Shown here: positions 29,345 through 38,805 of the stretch, piece by piece
How positions within the stretch are numbered: position 1 is the stretch's first letter
Layout of the letters: the number at the start of each line of letters is the position of its first letter
Source of the DNA: Candidatus Magasanikiibacteriota bacterium
GTDB taxonomy: Bacteria; Patescibacteriota; Patescibacteriia; Magasanikbacterales; UBA922
DNA: 64,000 bases
Assembly (NCBI GenBank): GCA_021648085.1
Contig: JAKITS010000001.1
Location: forward strand, 746,759-810,758
Reading direction: 5' to 3'
Notes under the pieces: generated by a model
Told to the model about the DNA's origin: nothing
The model's input: only the letters and a program-made list of their open reading frames with translations
Database searches by the model: none
Position numbers and translations under genes: made by a program

Positions 29345-29545
29345 TCTAATGTTTTTGAATCGAGATCCGTTCGACTCCACTTCGTTTCGCTCAATATGAC
29401 GTGAGTAAAAATACGTCATATTGAGTGGAGTGAAACGGAGTCGAAATATCTCGTGTTTACATCATTAGAACTATGAATATTTTATATTCTTGTGATATTG
29501 CCCCGAGATCCTTCAGCTTCGCTCAAGATGACGTGTTCTATTCCT
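29345..29545. mobile_element. family A MITE copies (reverse-orientation copy plus L and R halves)
   Basis: CGAGATCCGTTCGACTCCACTTCGTTTCGCTCAATATGACGTG ... CGTCATATTGAGTGGAGTGAAACGGAGTCGAAATATCTCG ... CCCGAGATCCTTCAGCTTCGCTCAAGATGACGTG. Confidence 0.65.
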
Positions 29546-29588
29546 AAATTTCTACTTTACAAACTTTATGAACTTTCAACTTTCTTTT

Positions 29589-30962
29589 CTAAAGTGTTTG
29601 CTGAATAATTTGTGCTGCTCTCTGCACTGCCTGAGCCTGAATCTTCAAAAAGTCTCCGCTATTTTCCAAAGGTTGCGAATAAACATCTACCATATCTGCA
29701 AAAGCTGTGTCCGCTGCGTCTATATCTTTTCCGTGATACCAATTTTTTGCAGTTAGAGCCTGAAAAGCGAACGCTTGCATCTCCACATCTTTTTGTTGCT
29801 GTGCAATTTGAGCTCTAAACGGACTTGGCTGGCTTGTTTTATCTGTATATTTTTTTACATTATTTTGTGAGGCGATAAATCTTACAAAATCCCAAGCCAA
29901 GTCTTGGTTTTCAGACTTGTTTACAACAGACTCAACCCAATAATTTGCTATATTTGTAGGTACCGCTTCATTTAACTGTGGAACAGGAATAACATTCAAA
30001 TTCATTTGTGGTGCACCTGCTTTTATTCTATTTTTGTCGAAAGCAAACCCAAGATAAAATACTGAAGATCCTCTCATAAAATCTTGCAGCGCATCACCTT
30101 TTCTTTTATTCCAAGAATATACATCGCGCGTAGATCTAGCAAAATCTGTATAAAATCCCAATGCCTTTAGAGTTGGGTGGTCTGGAGACGGTCTTTGCAA
30201 ACCTTCTGCAAAACGAACAGAAGAACCGTTTACCATATCCACTCCGCTTTGCATCATCAAAAGAGATAAAATATCAAAAGAATTATCTATATTTTTTGAT
30301 GTTCCAAGCGCAATTCCAGATTGCACAATATCTCCCGCAACATTAAATTTTGTAGATTTTATGACTGCATCTCTCAACTCTTCCCAATCTCTTGGCGCAA
30401 GAGGCACTCCAGACTTATCCAACAAATCTTTGTTATAATAAAGCGCCAAAGTATCTACCGCCAGAGGAAGTCCAAAAATATCTCCGTCTAATATTACATC
30501 TTCTGCAACAGTTCCTATATATTGAGAACGAATGGTGTTTATGTTTGGCATTGCCAAAGTCTCACTTGTTATAATTGTTTCTTTCGCCAAAGTTCCTTTT
30601 ACCTCTACATTTGCAACATTTATACTTCTTGGCATTGGTGCAAGCCTGCTTTTATATTTACCAAGCCAACGGGTGTGAAGAGATACAACATCTGGCCCAA
30701 CATCATCTGCTAGTGCGTTTGCAAATAATTTATCAAATTCATCGTAGCGAACCTGTCTTACATTTACTTTTACATAAGGACGAAGTTGTTGATATGCTAC
30801 AGCCATGTCTCTTAAATGGTCTACATCGTTGAAAACCGTCCAATAATTTAAAGTGACCGGTCGAATAGACTGTTGCTGTTCTTTGGACAAACCCTTACAT
30901 CCAAGACCGGTGGTAATGAGTAAGGAAAAAATTATAGAAAAAATGACAAGCTTGTTTTTCAT
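29589..30962 (-). CDS. ABC-transporter substrate-binding lipoprotein (extracellular solute-binding family 1, sugar-type), orphan
   Basis: 457 aa. The lipobox is LLITTGLGC. The SBP_bac_1 hallmark segment is GLPLAVDTLALYYNKDLL. It overlaps the upstream gene by about 4 bp. No permease or ATPase gene is nearby. Confidence 0.65.
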   Translation of the reverse strand: MKNKLVIFSIIFSLLITTGLGCKGLSKEQQQSIRPVTLNYWTVFNDVDHLRDMAVAYQQLRPYVKVNVRQVRYDEFDKLFANALADDVGPDVVSLHTRWLGKYKSRLAPMPRSINVANVEVKGTLAKETIITSETLAMPNINTIRSQYIGTVAEDVILDGDIFGLPLAVDTLALYYNKDLLDKSGVPLAPRDWEELRDAVIKSTKFNVAGDIVQSGIALGTSKNIDNSFDILSLLMMQSGVDMVNGSSVRFAEGLQRPSPDHPTLKALGFYTDFARSTRDVYSWNKRKGDALQDFMRGSSVFYLGFAFDKNRIKAGAPQMNLNVIPVPQLNEAVPTNIANYWVESVVNKSENQDLAWDFVRFIASQNNVKKYTDKTSQPSPFRAQIAQQQKDVEMQAFAFQALTAKNWYHGKDIDAADTAFADMVDVYSQPLENSGDFLKIQAQAVQRAAQIIQQTL

Positions 30963-30966
30963 AGAT

Positions 30967-31902
30967 TTATTTAAATGCTTGAAATATAAAATTTACAAGT
31001 GCATAACTAGAAAGTATAACCAAAATTCCAATACTCGCCCACACAAGTGTATCCATTGCTTTCTTTTGTCGTTCCGAATTTCCATGAGCTGTCATCCACA
31101 AAATACCTGCGTAAATGAAAATTATCAAAGCCAATGTTCCAACTACTCCCATTATAGTTTTGATAACTCTTCCTATTAAAGCCGGAATATCTGTTCCAAG
31201 TTTATTTAAAGATTCAGCAGGCGGAAGCTTAAATGGTGTTTCTTTTTCATCTTTTGGTGCTGGTGGCGTGGGTGGTTTAGTTGCAGAATAAAAAGCTACA
31301 GAATGATCTTTCGCACAATTATAGCTTCTCTGATATTTTTGTACCAAATCTTGACAATCTGATGCTGTATTACAAGTCTTTTTTTCATCTGCACAATATT
31401 TAAAAAATGGATCTTTAGATGGTACACATACTTGAGAATTAGGACAAACACCTGTTTGCTCACATGATTGTGTGGCTGCTAAAAAACAAAAAAAATCTTC
31501 TTGTTTAATCTGACAATTATTGATTTCAGCTTTATAATAATAATGAAGAAAAGCCGTATCCTCTATAAACCCTTCAATGTTTGTATTATCACATGAACTC
31601 TGATCTTTAATTATTTTTTGCGAAAATAATATTATATTATTTACTATTTGCGGTTTATAAGGATAACAACTATTTTCGGGTATCATATTATTAATCATAT
31701 CAACAAAAGAAAACCCCTTATTTATAATAAATTTAGTTCCTGGATGATTTTTTGTACAATCTTGACCTGGAGAAGATGTAGATGATGCTGTTTTACCTGA
31801 TAAGTTAACATCACAAACACAATCCTCTGCTTTAACATTCCCACCAACAAAAAACACCCCAAAAACAACAAATCCTAAAATTAAAAACCTAAAATTCCTC
31901 AT
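30967..31902 (-). CDS. Cys-rich domain (N-terminal) fused to a C-terminal T4SS-pilin-like module
   Basis: The signal/TM start MRNFRFLILGFVVFGVFFVGG is followed by a Cys-rich domain of about 200 aa (EDCVCDVNLSG ...), a PPTPPAPK linker and the pilin core IYAGILWMTAHGNSERQKKAMD with a final TM helix. Confidence 0.55.
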   Translation of the reverse strand: MRNFRFLILGFVVFGVFFVGGNVKAEDCVCDVNLSGKTASSTSSPGQDCTKNHPGTKFIINKGFSFVDMINNMIPENSCYPYKPQIVNNIILFSQKIIKDQSSCDNTNIEGFIEDTAFLHYYYKAEINNCQIKQEDFFCFLAATQSCEQTGVCPNSQVCVPSKDPFFKYCADEKKTCNTASDCQDLVQKYQRSYNCAKDHSVAFYSATKPPTPPAPKDEKETPFKLPPAESLNKLGTDIPALIGRVIKTIMGVVGTLALIIFIYAGILWMTAHGNSERQKKAMDTLVWASIGILVILSSYALVNFIFQAFK

Positions 31903-32747
31903 AATAAACCTTCTTTTTTAGCAAAATGTATTGATGTCTTTAATAATGCCAATTTATTTCCTGTGTCAAAATATTCTCCTTCATATTCATAAGCCAAAAA
32001 TGTATTTTTCCTCGCCATATCGTCTGCTGCGTCAGAAAGCCAAACTTCACCATCTTTTCCACGACGAGTTTTTTCTAAATATTTCCAAATTTCTTTTGTA
32101 AAAACATATCTCATTCCACCCACAATTAATCCTTGCGGTGAAACCTTTTTTTCTACTGGTTTTTCTACAAATTTTCTAACCCTAAATGTTTTTTTACCAT
32201 CAACCAAGTCTGCATACACATTTCCATATTTTGTCATTGCTTTTGTGTCTGTAATTCTTTGAACTCCAATTACACTATGTCCTTTTTTCTTGAAAACTTT
32301 CAAAAGTTGTTTTATAACCGGAACTTTTGCATCTATAATACTGTCTCCATCTGAAAATGCAAAAGGTTCATCTCCTACAAAATTGCGCGCACAAAGAAGA
32401 GCATCCCCATTTCCGAGAGGCTCTCTTTGTCGTGTATAAAAAAATCTAACTTTTTTTGTAAGATTTACCAAATCTTTTATTCTATCGTATTTACCTTTTT
32501 CTTTTAAAAACTTTTCAAATGATAAATCTCTATCAAAATGATCCTCTATCGCTCTTTTTTGTGAACTTGTGACGAAAATTATTTCTGTAATTCCACTTTT
32601 TGCCATTTCCTCTACAATATATTGCACAACTGGTTTGTCCAAAACAGGAAGCATTTCTTTTGGCATTGCTTTTGTTGCAGGCAAAAATCTGGTTCCAAGA
32701 CCAGCCACCACAATCACACCTTTTTTAACTTTTTGCACTTTTGGCAT
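31899..32747 (-). CDS. galU: UTP--glucose-1-phosphate uridylyltransferase
   Basis: The GalU signature is VVAGLGTRFLPATKAMPKEMLPV, and there is a VEKP motif near the C-terminus. It overlaps the next gene by 4 bp, consistent with an operon. Confidence 0.85.
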   Translation of the reverse strand: MPKVQKVKKGVIVVAGLGTRFLPATKAMPKEMLPVLDKPVVQYIVEEMAKSGITEIIFVTSSQKRAIEDHFDRDLSFEKFLKEKGKYDRIKDLVNLTKKVRFFYTRQREPLGNGDALLCARNFVGDEPFAFSDGDSIIDAKVPVIKQLLKVFKKKGHSVIGVQRITDTKAMTKYGNVYADLVDGKKTFRVRKFVEKPVEKKVSPQGLIVGGMRYVFTKEIWKYLEKTRRGKDGEVWLSDAADDMARKNTFLAYEYEGEYFDTGNKLALLKTSIHFAKKEGLL

Positions 32748-32877
32748 AACTAAAGAATTATTCTTGTAAAAAGCTATTTTAAAATAGTCCTGCTATTATA
32801 CCACAAAAAATAAATGCGCAATAAAAGACAGAAGTGCGAAGTGAATAAAACCCTGGATTTTCAATCGAGATGAAGAT

Positions 32878-33100
32878 GGTAAAAATCCCACACGCCATCC
32901 TGAGCGGAATTTTCCACACGTCATCCTGAGCGGAGTCGAAGGATCTCGAAATAAAAACACTAGAACGCAAAATATTCAAAGTTCTAGTGATGCGGCATCG
33001 AGATATTTCGACTCCACTGCGTTCCGCTCAATATGACGTGAGCTTTGATTTTTAACTCCACTGCGTTCCGCTCAATATGACGTGAACTTTTATTTTTAAC
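32878..33100. mobile_element. family A MITE copies (R-type half in reverse, then a full copy with duplicated L halves)
   Basis: CACGCCATCCTGAGCGGAATTTTCCACACGTCATCCTGAGCGGAGTCGAAGGATCTCG ... CGAGATATTTCGACTCCACTGCGTTCCGCTCAATATGACGTG, repeated twice. Confidence 0.65.
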
Positions 33101-33174
33101 TCCACGAGGTGAAACTTATAATATGATCTATGCTAATTTTTTAACTCCGCTTTGTTTTATTCAAAATAATATAA

Positions 33175-33207
33175 TAAAAAAAGAACCTCTTTAGAGGTTC
33201 TTTTTTT
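33175..33207. terminator. palindromic bidirectional terminator (AAAAAAAGAACCTCTTTAGAGGTTCTTTTTTT)
   Basis: It serves the rpsF-ssb-rpsR operon, which ends at 33219. Confidence 0.65.
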
Positions 33208-33218
33208 ATTTTTTGTTT

Positions 33219-33446
33219 CTATTTAGGAACAAAAGCAATTAACCCTGCAATTCTAGCCTGTTTGATAGCTTTTGCGGTTCTTCTCTGGTGTTTAGAACAA
33301 AGCCCTGTTCTACGCCTTGCACCAATCTTCAAAAAAGATGAAACAAAACGACGAAGTGTTTGCACATCTTTATAATCTATTTCTTGAGAGTTATTTTTAC
33401 AAAAATAACAATACTTCTTTTTTTGATTTTTAGCCTTTCTAATCAT
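33219..33446 (-). CDS. rpsR: 30S ribosomal protein S18
   Basis: CYFCKNNSQEIDYKDVQTLRRFVSSFLKIGARRRTGLCSKHQRRTAKAIKQARIAGLIAFV is a canonical S18 sequence. Confidence 0.9.
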   Translation of the reverse strand: MIRKAKNQKKKYCYFCKNNSQEIDYKDVQTLRRFVSSFLKIGARRRTGLCSKHQRRTAKAIKQARIAGLIAFVPK

Positions 33447-33462
33447 AACTATTTAAAAAATT

Positions 33463-33936
33463 TTAAAATGGTATATCTTCTACCTTAATTTCCTCTGTGT
33501 CGTTTGCTTCTACTTGCTGAGTTTTGCTTGTAGATTCCTGTTGAATTACTGGAATTGGTGCCGGAGTGCTTTGATCTGCATTTCCTGCATTATTTGTGTT
33601 TCCTCTAGAGCCACCGCCTAGCATTATCATTTGGTTTACAACAATTTCTGTTCTATATCTTTTCACCCCGTCTTTACCTACCCAGTCTCTTGTCTCAATC
33701 CTACCCTCCAAATATATCTTCTGTCCTTTTGATAGATATTGACCAGCAATTTCAGCCAAACGCCCCCACAATACACAGTTGTGAAATTGAACTTTTTCTT
33801 GCTTATTTCCACTCTTATCTGTCCAAGTTTGGTTTGTTGCAACAGATAAAGTTGCTACAGTTTGCCCACTTGGTGTTGTTTTTACCTCTGGGTCAGCAGT
33901 AAGTCTCCCCAAAATTGTTGCCCTATTTAAATCCAT
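33463..33936 (-). CDS. ssb: single-stranded DNA-binding protein
   Basis: OB-fold N-terminus MDLNRATILGRLTADPEVKTTPSGQTVATLSVATN, a Gly/Asn-rich tail and the C-terminal acidic tip EDIPF. Confidence 0.9.
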   Translation of the reverse strand: MDLNRATILGRLTADPEVKTTPSGQTVATLSVATNQTWTDKSGNKQEKVQFHNCVLWGRLAEIAGQYLSKGQKIYLEGRIETRDWVGKDGVKRYRTEIVVNQMIMLGGGSRGNTNNAGNADQSTPAPIPVIQQESTSKTQQVEANDTEEIKVEDIPF

Positions 33937-33945
33937 AGAATTAAA

Positions 33946-34452
33946 TTAAACTTTTTCTAAATCACTCTCTAAAATTTTATCCAAATTTTTATCGATTTCT
34001 TTCAAGTCTATCTTTTCAGCTTCTTTTTTTATTGCAACCGGAGTTTTACTTCTTTCCCTTCTATTATTTCTTGGTCTTTCCTTTGGTGCATCTCTATCAA
34101 TCTTTGAAAGTGTTTCCATTGAAGTTTTTGGACCACCAGCTTTTCTTTCTCTTTCAGTTCTTACTTTTGCATCAAACTTTGTAATTATTGCCCTCAAAAG
34201 TTCTCTAACTTCATTTAATTTTTTTCTAACATCTGCAAATTCGCCTCCTTTTGCTTCAAATTGGATTATTTGAAAATATCCGTAACGAATATGCTTGATA
34301 GGATAAGCCAAACGACTCTTTCCTAAATTTTGCACAGTCATATTTTCAATACCACTTTTTGACAAAATTTCTTTTACATTTTCAATCACCGGCTTCACTT
34401 CTTCTTCTGTAAGAGTCCCCGGTAATACGCACAATAACTCGTAATTCTGCAT
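33946..34452 (-). CDS. rpsF: 30S ribosomal protein S6 with an extended charged C-terminal tail
   Basis: MQNYELLCVLPGTLTEEEVKPVIENVKEIL ... QFEAKGGEFADVRKKL. The start is probably the Met at 34452 rather than the upstream ORF start at 34473. The order rpsF-ssb-rpsR is conserved. Confidence 0.85.
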   Translation of the reverse strand: MQNYELLCVLPGTLTEEEVKPVIENVKEILSKSGIENMTVQNLGKSRLAYPIKHIRYGYFQIIQFEAKGGEFADVRKKLNEVRELLRAIITKFDAKVRTERERKAGGPKTSMETLSKIDRDAPKERPRNNRRERSKTPVAIKKEAEKIDLKEIDKNLDKILESDLEKV

Positions 34453-34549
34453 AATACTTGATAAAACCACCAAAATGTGGTAAATTATTAACTATGTTGT
34501 GAAATTATTTTAACTGAATTTAAAAAACTAAGCCAAAATAAAACGCACA

Positions 34550-35722
34550 ATGGAACTAATATATCAGATTAGATATAAAAAGTCAAGAAAAACAACTATG
34601 AAATACATATTTAACCTTGGGCATCAGCCAAAAATTTCTTTTGAAGAGATAGTCGCAATACTCGAAAGAGATAGAATTTCTCACGAAATATACTTTGAAA
34701 ATGAAAAATTTCTAATTTTAGAGCTGGATAAAGAAATAGATTCAGAAAAAATGCTAATGAAATTAGGCGGAACAATAAAAATTGGAAAAGAAATAGAAAA
34801 AATAGAAAGTGTAGAAAATACTGCAATAGAATATTTAAACAGAACCCAACCAGAAGGAAAAATTCAATTTTCAATAAATGGTGACGATAAGAAAAATATC
34901 GCACTTAGTGTGAAAAAGGGATTAAAAAAAGAAGGGCGTTCTGTAAGATTTGTAGAAACAAACACAAGTGCATCTGTTGTATACAATAAACTTATGCAAA
35001 AAAATAGTGATCTTATGGTATCAAAAGGATTACTTTTTGTGACAACTGCAATACAAGATTTTGAAGGATTTAGCAAAAGAGATATGAACCGCCCAGCAAT
35101 AGACAAAAAAAGTGGAACACTACCTCCAAAACTTTCAAAAATAATGATAAATTTGGCAAAAGGAAGCCCAACAAAAAATGTATTATTAGATCCATTCTGC
35201 GGTTCTGGTACAATTTTAAACGAAGCAATAGTTTTGGGATACCACAAATTGGTAGCAAACGACTCTAGCAAACAAGCAATAGAGGACACAAAGAAAAATG
35301 TAAAATGGATAGGCCGTGAGCTTGATAAACACCCAAATGTACGCTTTACTACCGCAAGAGCTGAACAGATAGAAAAAACATTAACAGAGGAATCTGTAAA
35401 TATTATTGTCACAGAGCCTTTTATGGGAAAACCCTTGCTCGGTAGAGAAACAGAGAAAGAGTTGCAAAACCAAGCAAATGGACTTTCCGATATGTATCTT
35501 GCCTCATTCAGAAGTTTCCATAAAATACTTGCAGCAAACGCAACCGTTGTTTTTATATTTCCTCAATTTAGATTTGAGGGCGATTGGATAAAAACAGAAA
35601 GAATAGAAGAAATTAAAAAACTTGGATACAAAGTGATGCCTTTCTCAAAAAATGAATCACTACTTTACTACCGCAAAGGTCAGTTTGTAGCTAGAAATAT
35701 CTGGCGCTTTAGAAAAGTTTAA
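34550..35722 (+). CDS. class I SAM-dependent methyltransferase, UPF0020 / Trm11-RlmL-like (putative N2-guanine RNA methyltransferase)
   Basis: Motif I is DPFCGSGTILNEAIVLG and motif IV is the variant VTEPFMG. The N-terminal region of about 190 aa may be a THUMP-like RNA-binding module. The start is possibly the ATG at 34598. A terminator lies at 35734-35764. Confidence 0.5.
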   Translation: MELIYQIRYKKSRKTTMKYIFNLGHQPKISFEEIVAILERDRISHEIYFENEKFLILELDKEIDSEKMLMKLGGTIKIGKEIEKIESVENTAIEYLNRTQPEGKIQFSINGDDKKNIALSVKKGLKKEGRSVRFVETNTSASVVYNKLMQKNSDLMVSKGLLFVTTAIQDFEGFSKRDMNRPAIDKKSGTLPPKLSKIMINLAKGSPTKNVLLDPFCGSGTILNEAIVLGYHKLVANDSSKQAIEDTKKNVKWIGRELDKHPNVRFTTARAEQIEKTLTEESVNIIVTEPFMGKPLLGRETEKELQNQANGLSDMYLASFRSFHKILAANATVVFIFPQFRFEGDWIKTERIEEIKKLGYKVMPFSKNESLLYYRKGQFVARNIWRFRKV

Positions 35723-35774
35723 AACTTAAAATAAAAAACTACCGTTTTAACGGTAGTTTTTTTATATTTTATGT

Positions 35775-36115
35775 TTTGGTGATTCTATTGCGAGATCCAT
35801 TCGACTTCATTCCATTTCATTCCATTTCACTCCATTTCGCTCAGGATGACGTGATTTAACATACGTCATATTGAGCGGAGTGAAACGGAGTCGAAATATC
35901 TCGATTCAAAATCATTAGAATTATGAATATTTAAAACCTTGTGATATTGTCCCGAGATCCTTCGACTTCGCTCAGGATGACGTATGTGTGTTTTCCGCTC
36001 AGGATGACGTTTTTTTGTTCACATTATATTGAGCGGAGTGAACTTAGGATGACGCGTGTATTTTACGTCATCTTGAGCGGAACGAAGTGGAGTCGAATGG
36101 ATCTCCGTGCAATAT
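35775..36115. mobile_element. compound cluster of family A MITE copies and half-sites (at least three nested or tandem copies)
   Basis: It contains repeated CGAGATCCATTCGACTTCATTCC ... GCTCAGGATGACGTG, CGTCATATTGAGCGGAGTGAAACGGAGTCGAAATATCTCG and CCCGAGATCCTTCGACTTCGCTCAGGATGACG segments. Confidence 0.6.
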
Positions 36116-36204
36116 AACCAGAATATAAATAATTAAATTAAAACATTAGTCCGTCTTTCTTTTTGTTTTTCTGTCTAATGTTATTTGCATAACGTATCAT
36201 GTCC

Positions 36205-37278
36205 TTATGTATTCACATGAAAGTAAATAACATCTCCATCTTGAACTTCATAATCTTTTCCAGCCAAACGCATTTTTCCTGTGCTTTTTATATCATTCCA
36301 ACCACCGTTATCTACAAAATCTTGCCAACCCACTACATCTGCCTTTATAAAACCTTTTATGAAATCTGTATGAATTACTCCAGCGGACTCTGGCGCAAAT
36401 GTATTTTCTTTTACAGTCCAGGCTCTAGTTTCCTGCACTCCACTTGTAAAAAATGTTACTAATCCTAAAATTTCATAGCCTTTACGGATCAACTTATCCA
36501 AACCAGTTTCTGATACTCCACTTTCTTTTAGGTATTCAAGTGCTTCTTCCTCACCCAATTCTGCAAGCTCTGCTTCCAATTTTGCACTTACATAAATATG
36601 TTGAATTTCATTTTCTATTACAACTTTTTCTTCTTCTTTGAAGTCCTCGCTTACATTTACTATATACACCATCGGTTTAAGTGTAATTAGTTGCAATTCT
36701 TTCAAAATAACCTGCTCTTCTTCATTATATTCCAAAGATCTGGCAGGCTGATCCGCCTCCAAAGTTGTATTTATTTTTTCCAATAATGCCAAGTTTGATA
36801 TTAATTCTTTTGCATTTGAACTTTTCAATTGTTTTTTTGTAGCTTCCAAACGTTTTTGCACTACCTGCCAATCTGCCAAAATCAATTCTGTATTTATAAC
36901 TTGAGCATCCTTTTTAGGATTTGCTTCGCTGTCTACATGAGTTACATTTGAATCTGCAAAACTACGCACCACATGTACAATAGCATCTACCTCGCGAATA
37001 TGAGAAAGGAATTTATTTCCCAAACCTTCTCCTTTTGAGGCACCTTCTACCAAACCTGCAATATCTACAAATTTTATAGCTGTAGGAATTATTTTCAAAG
37101 ATTTTGAAGAATCACTAAGCGCAGAGAGTCTTTCGTCTGGAACCTCAACAATACCAACATTTGGTTCGATGGTACAAAAAGGATAATTTTGCGCTTCTGC
37201 CTGCTTACTTCTGGTAAGCGCATTAAAAAGTGTTGATTTGCCGACATTTGGCAACCCAACGATTCCTATTGATAACAT
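36205..37278 (-). CDS. ychF: ribosome-binding ATPase YchF (Obg-family GTPase)
   Basis: The P-loop is GIVGLPNVGKSTLFNALT, followed by AEAQNYPFCTIEPNVG, and there is a C-terminal TGS domain (AGKDYEVQDGDVIYFHVNT). Confidence 0.9.
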   Translation of the reverse strand: MLSIGIVGLPNVGKSTLFNALTRSKQAEAQNYPFCTIEPNVGIVEVPDERLSALSDSSKSLKIIPTAIKFVDIAGLVEGASKGEGLGNKFLSHIREVDAIVHVVRSFADSNVTHVDSEANPKKDAQVINTELILADWQVVQKRLEATKKQLKSSNAKELISNLALLEKINTTLEADQPARSLEYNEEEQVILKELQLITLKPMVYIVNVSEDFKEEEKVVIENEIQHIYVSAKLEAELAELGEEEALEYLKESGVSETGLDKLIRKGYEILGLVTFFTSGVQETRAWTVKENTFAPESAGVIHTDFIKGFIKADVVGWQDFVDNGGWNDIKSTGKMRLAGKDYEVQDGDVIYFHVNT

Positions 37279-37302
37279 GTTTTAAAATTAAAGTTTATAA
37301 AG

Positions 37303-37435
37303 AGTTCACGTCATATTGAGCGGAACGCAGTGGAGTCGAAATATCTCGATGCTGTATCATTAGAACTTTGAATATTGATATTCTGGTGATACTTTCCCGA
37401 GATCCTTCGGCTTCGCTCAGGATGACGTGATTGTT
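37303..37435. mobile_element. MITE family A copy
   Basis: CACGTCATATTGAGCGGAACGCAGTGGAGTCGAAATATCTCG ... CCCGAGATCCTTCGGCTTCGCTCAGGATGACGTG. Confidence 0.7.
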
Positions 37436-37509
37436 TATCTTACAATTCCTTATAGTTTACACAAAAAAAACCGCGCTGTCTAGTATGACAACGCGAGTAT
37501 TAAAGAATT

Positions 37510-37956
37510 TTACATAACCCATTGAGGATCGGCCGATTCTGCCTCATCATCTTGCAATTGGCGGTTGCAAGATAAAACTTGGCCGAAAGACCACTCAAGA
37601 GCCTCTTTTTTTTCAAAAAAAGTTTTAACCAAAAGCCTATTTTTATTTACCAAAGCCTGTTCTCCAGGCTTAATAAATTGCCAATGTGTGTTAGTGTGAA
37701 TCTTCCAATTCACACTAAGCAAACCATCTGCATTCAGAAAAAAACTTACTCCATTTAGTACTAGCTCATTTTCTTTTTTCAAAAATTTATGAAGACCATT
37801 ATGACCTTTCATAAAATTCAACTCTACATCCAACATTACAACAAAAAGTCCACAAACGGACTTTGCAACCTTTTCTCTTTGGCGACAAAGAAAGACTTCG
37901 GACGCCTTTAATACAGCCATCTCAATGTTTTCAAGAACTTTCCACTTACCCATCAC
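37510..37956 (-). CDS. hypothetical protein inside a GC-elevated segment
   Basis: 148-aa ORF. The local GC is visibly higher than the surroundings. A terminator hairpin (CCGCGCTGTC ... GACAACGCG plus a T8 run on the minus strand) lies at 37468-37497. No family assignment. Confidence 0.3.
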   Translation of the reverse strand: MMGKWKVLENIEMAVLKASEVFLCRQREKVAKSVCGLFVVMLDVELNFMKGHNGLHKFLKKENELVLNGVSFFLNADGLLSVNWKIHTNTHWQFIKPGEQALVNKNRLLVKTFFEKKEALEWSFGQVLSCNRQLQDDEAESADPQWVM

Positions 37957-38805
37957 TCCCCTCCTAATATTGTAAAGCCAGAAAATTCTGGCGACAAAGA
38001 TCTTCCTTGATCTCTTTTCTTTAAATTCTACTATTAAAAGCTAAAGAAAAAAGCAGTTTTTTAAGGAAAAACTGCTAAAACCCATACTACTGAATAAACC
38101 CTTTTAACTAGTTAGAAGCTTGTTTACATCGCGTACGCCGACATAACTTCTAAAAAGTAGAGTAAAGCCAGAAACTTTATTTTTCGATAGGTAAAGTTTG
38201 TAAACCTATTCTTTGCCAATCCCAATCGTCTAAGTTTTCGCAGCCTGATGTCGACCAACAAGAATACTTAACTCCATGGTTTTGGTTTTTTGTCTTGTTT
38301 TTAGTCCGAATATGTAAATGACTGCAAACAAGATCCCTTCGAAATGACTTTTGGTTTTCTCTCCAAGGCGTCAAAGACCTCAGTATTTGCCTATTAGGCT
38401 TTGTGTTATAGCGACCATACTGTGGACACTCAAGCCAATCGCCTGTTCACCAATTTCTCCTTTTCGTTCGGCGATTCGGATTTTTTGAAATCATGATAAT
38501 AACTATACCCCATTTTTAAACTTTTGTCAAGTCTTTTGACCCAAAAACCTAAAATTCTTCCTCAAATTTGACTTATTTTAGCGAAAAACTTAAAATATAC
38601 CATTTTAAACAAAACGAAACTTATTATATAATACTAAATAAAATAAAACGGAATCAAAATGACATTTTTTTGTTCACGTCATATTGAATGGAACGCCTGC
38701 CTGCCGGCAGGCAGGAAGTAGAGTCGAAATAACATGACTTAACATACGTTATCCTAAGCAGAGCAAAGAGGAGTCGAACGGATCTCGTATTTATTTCACT
38801 ATTTA

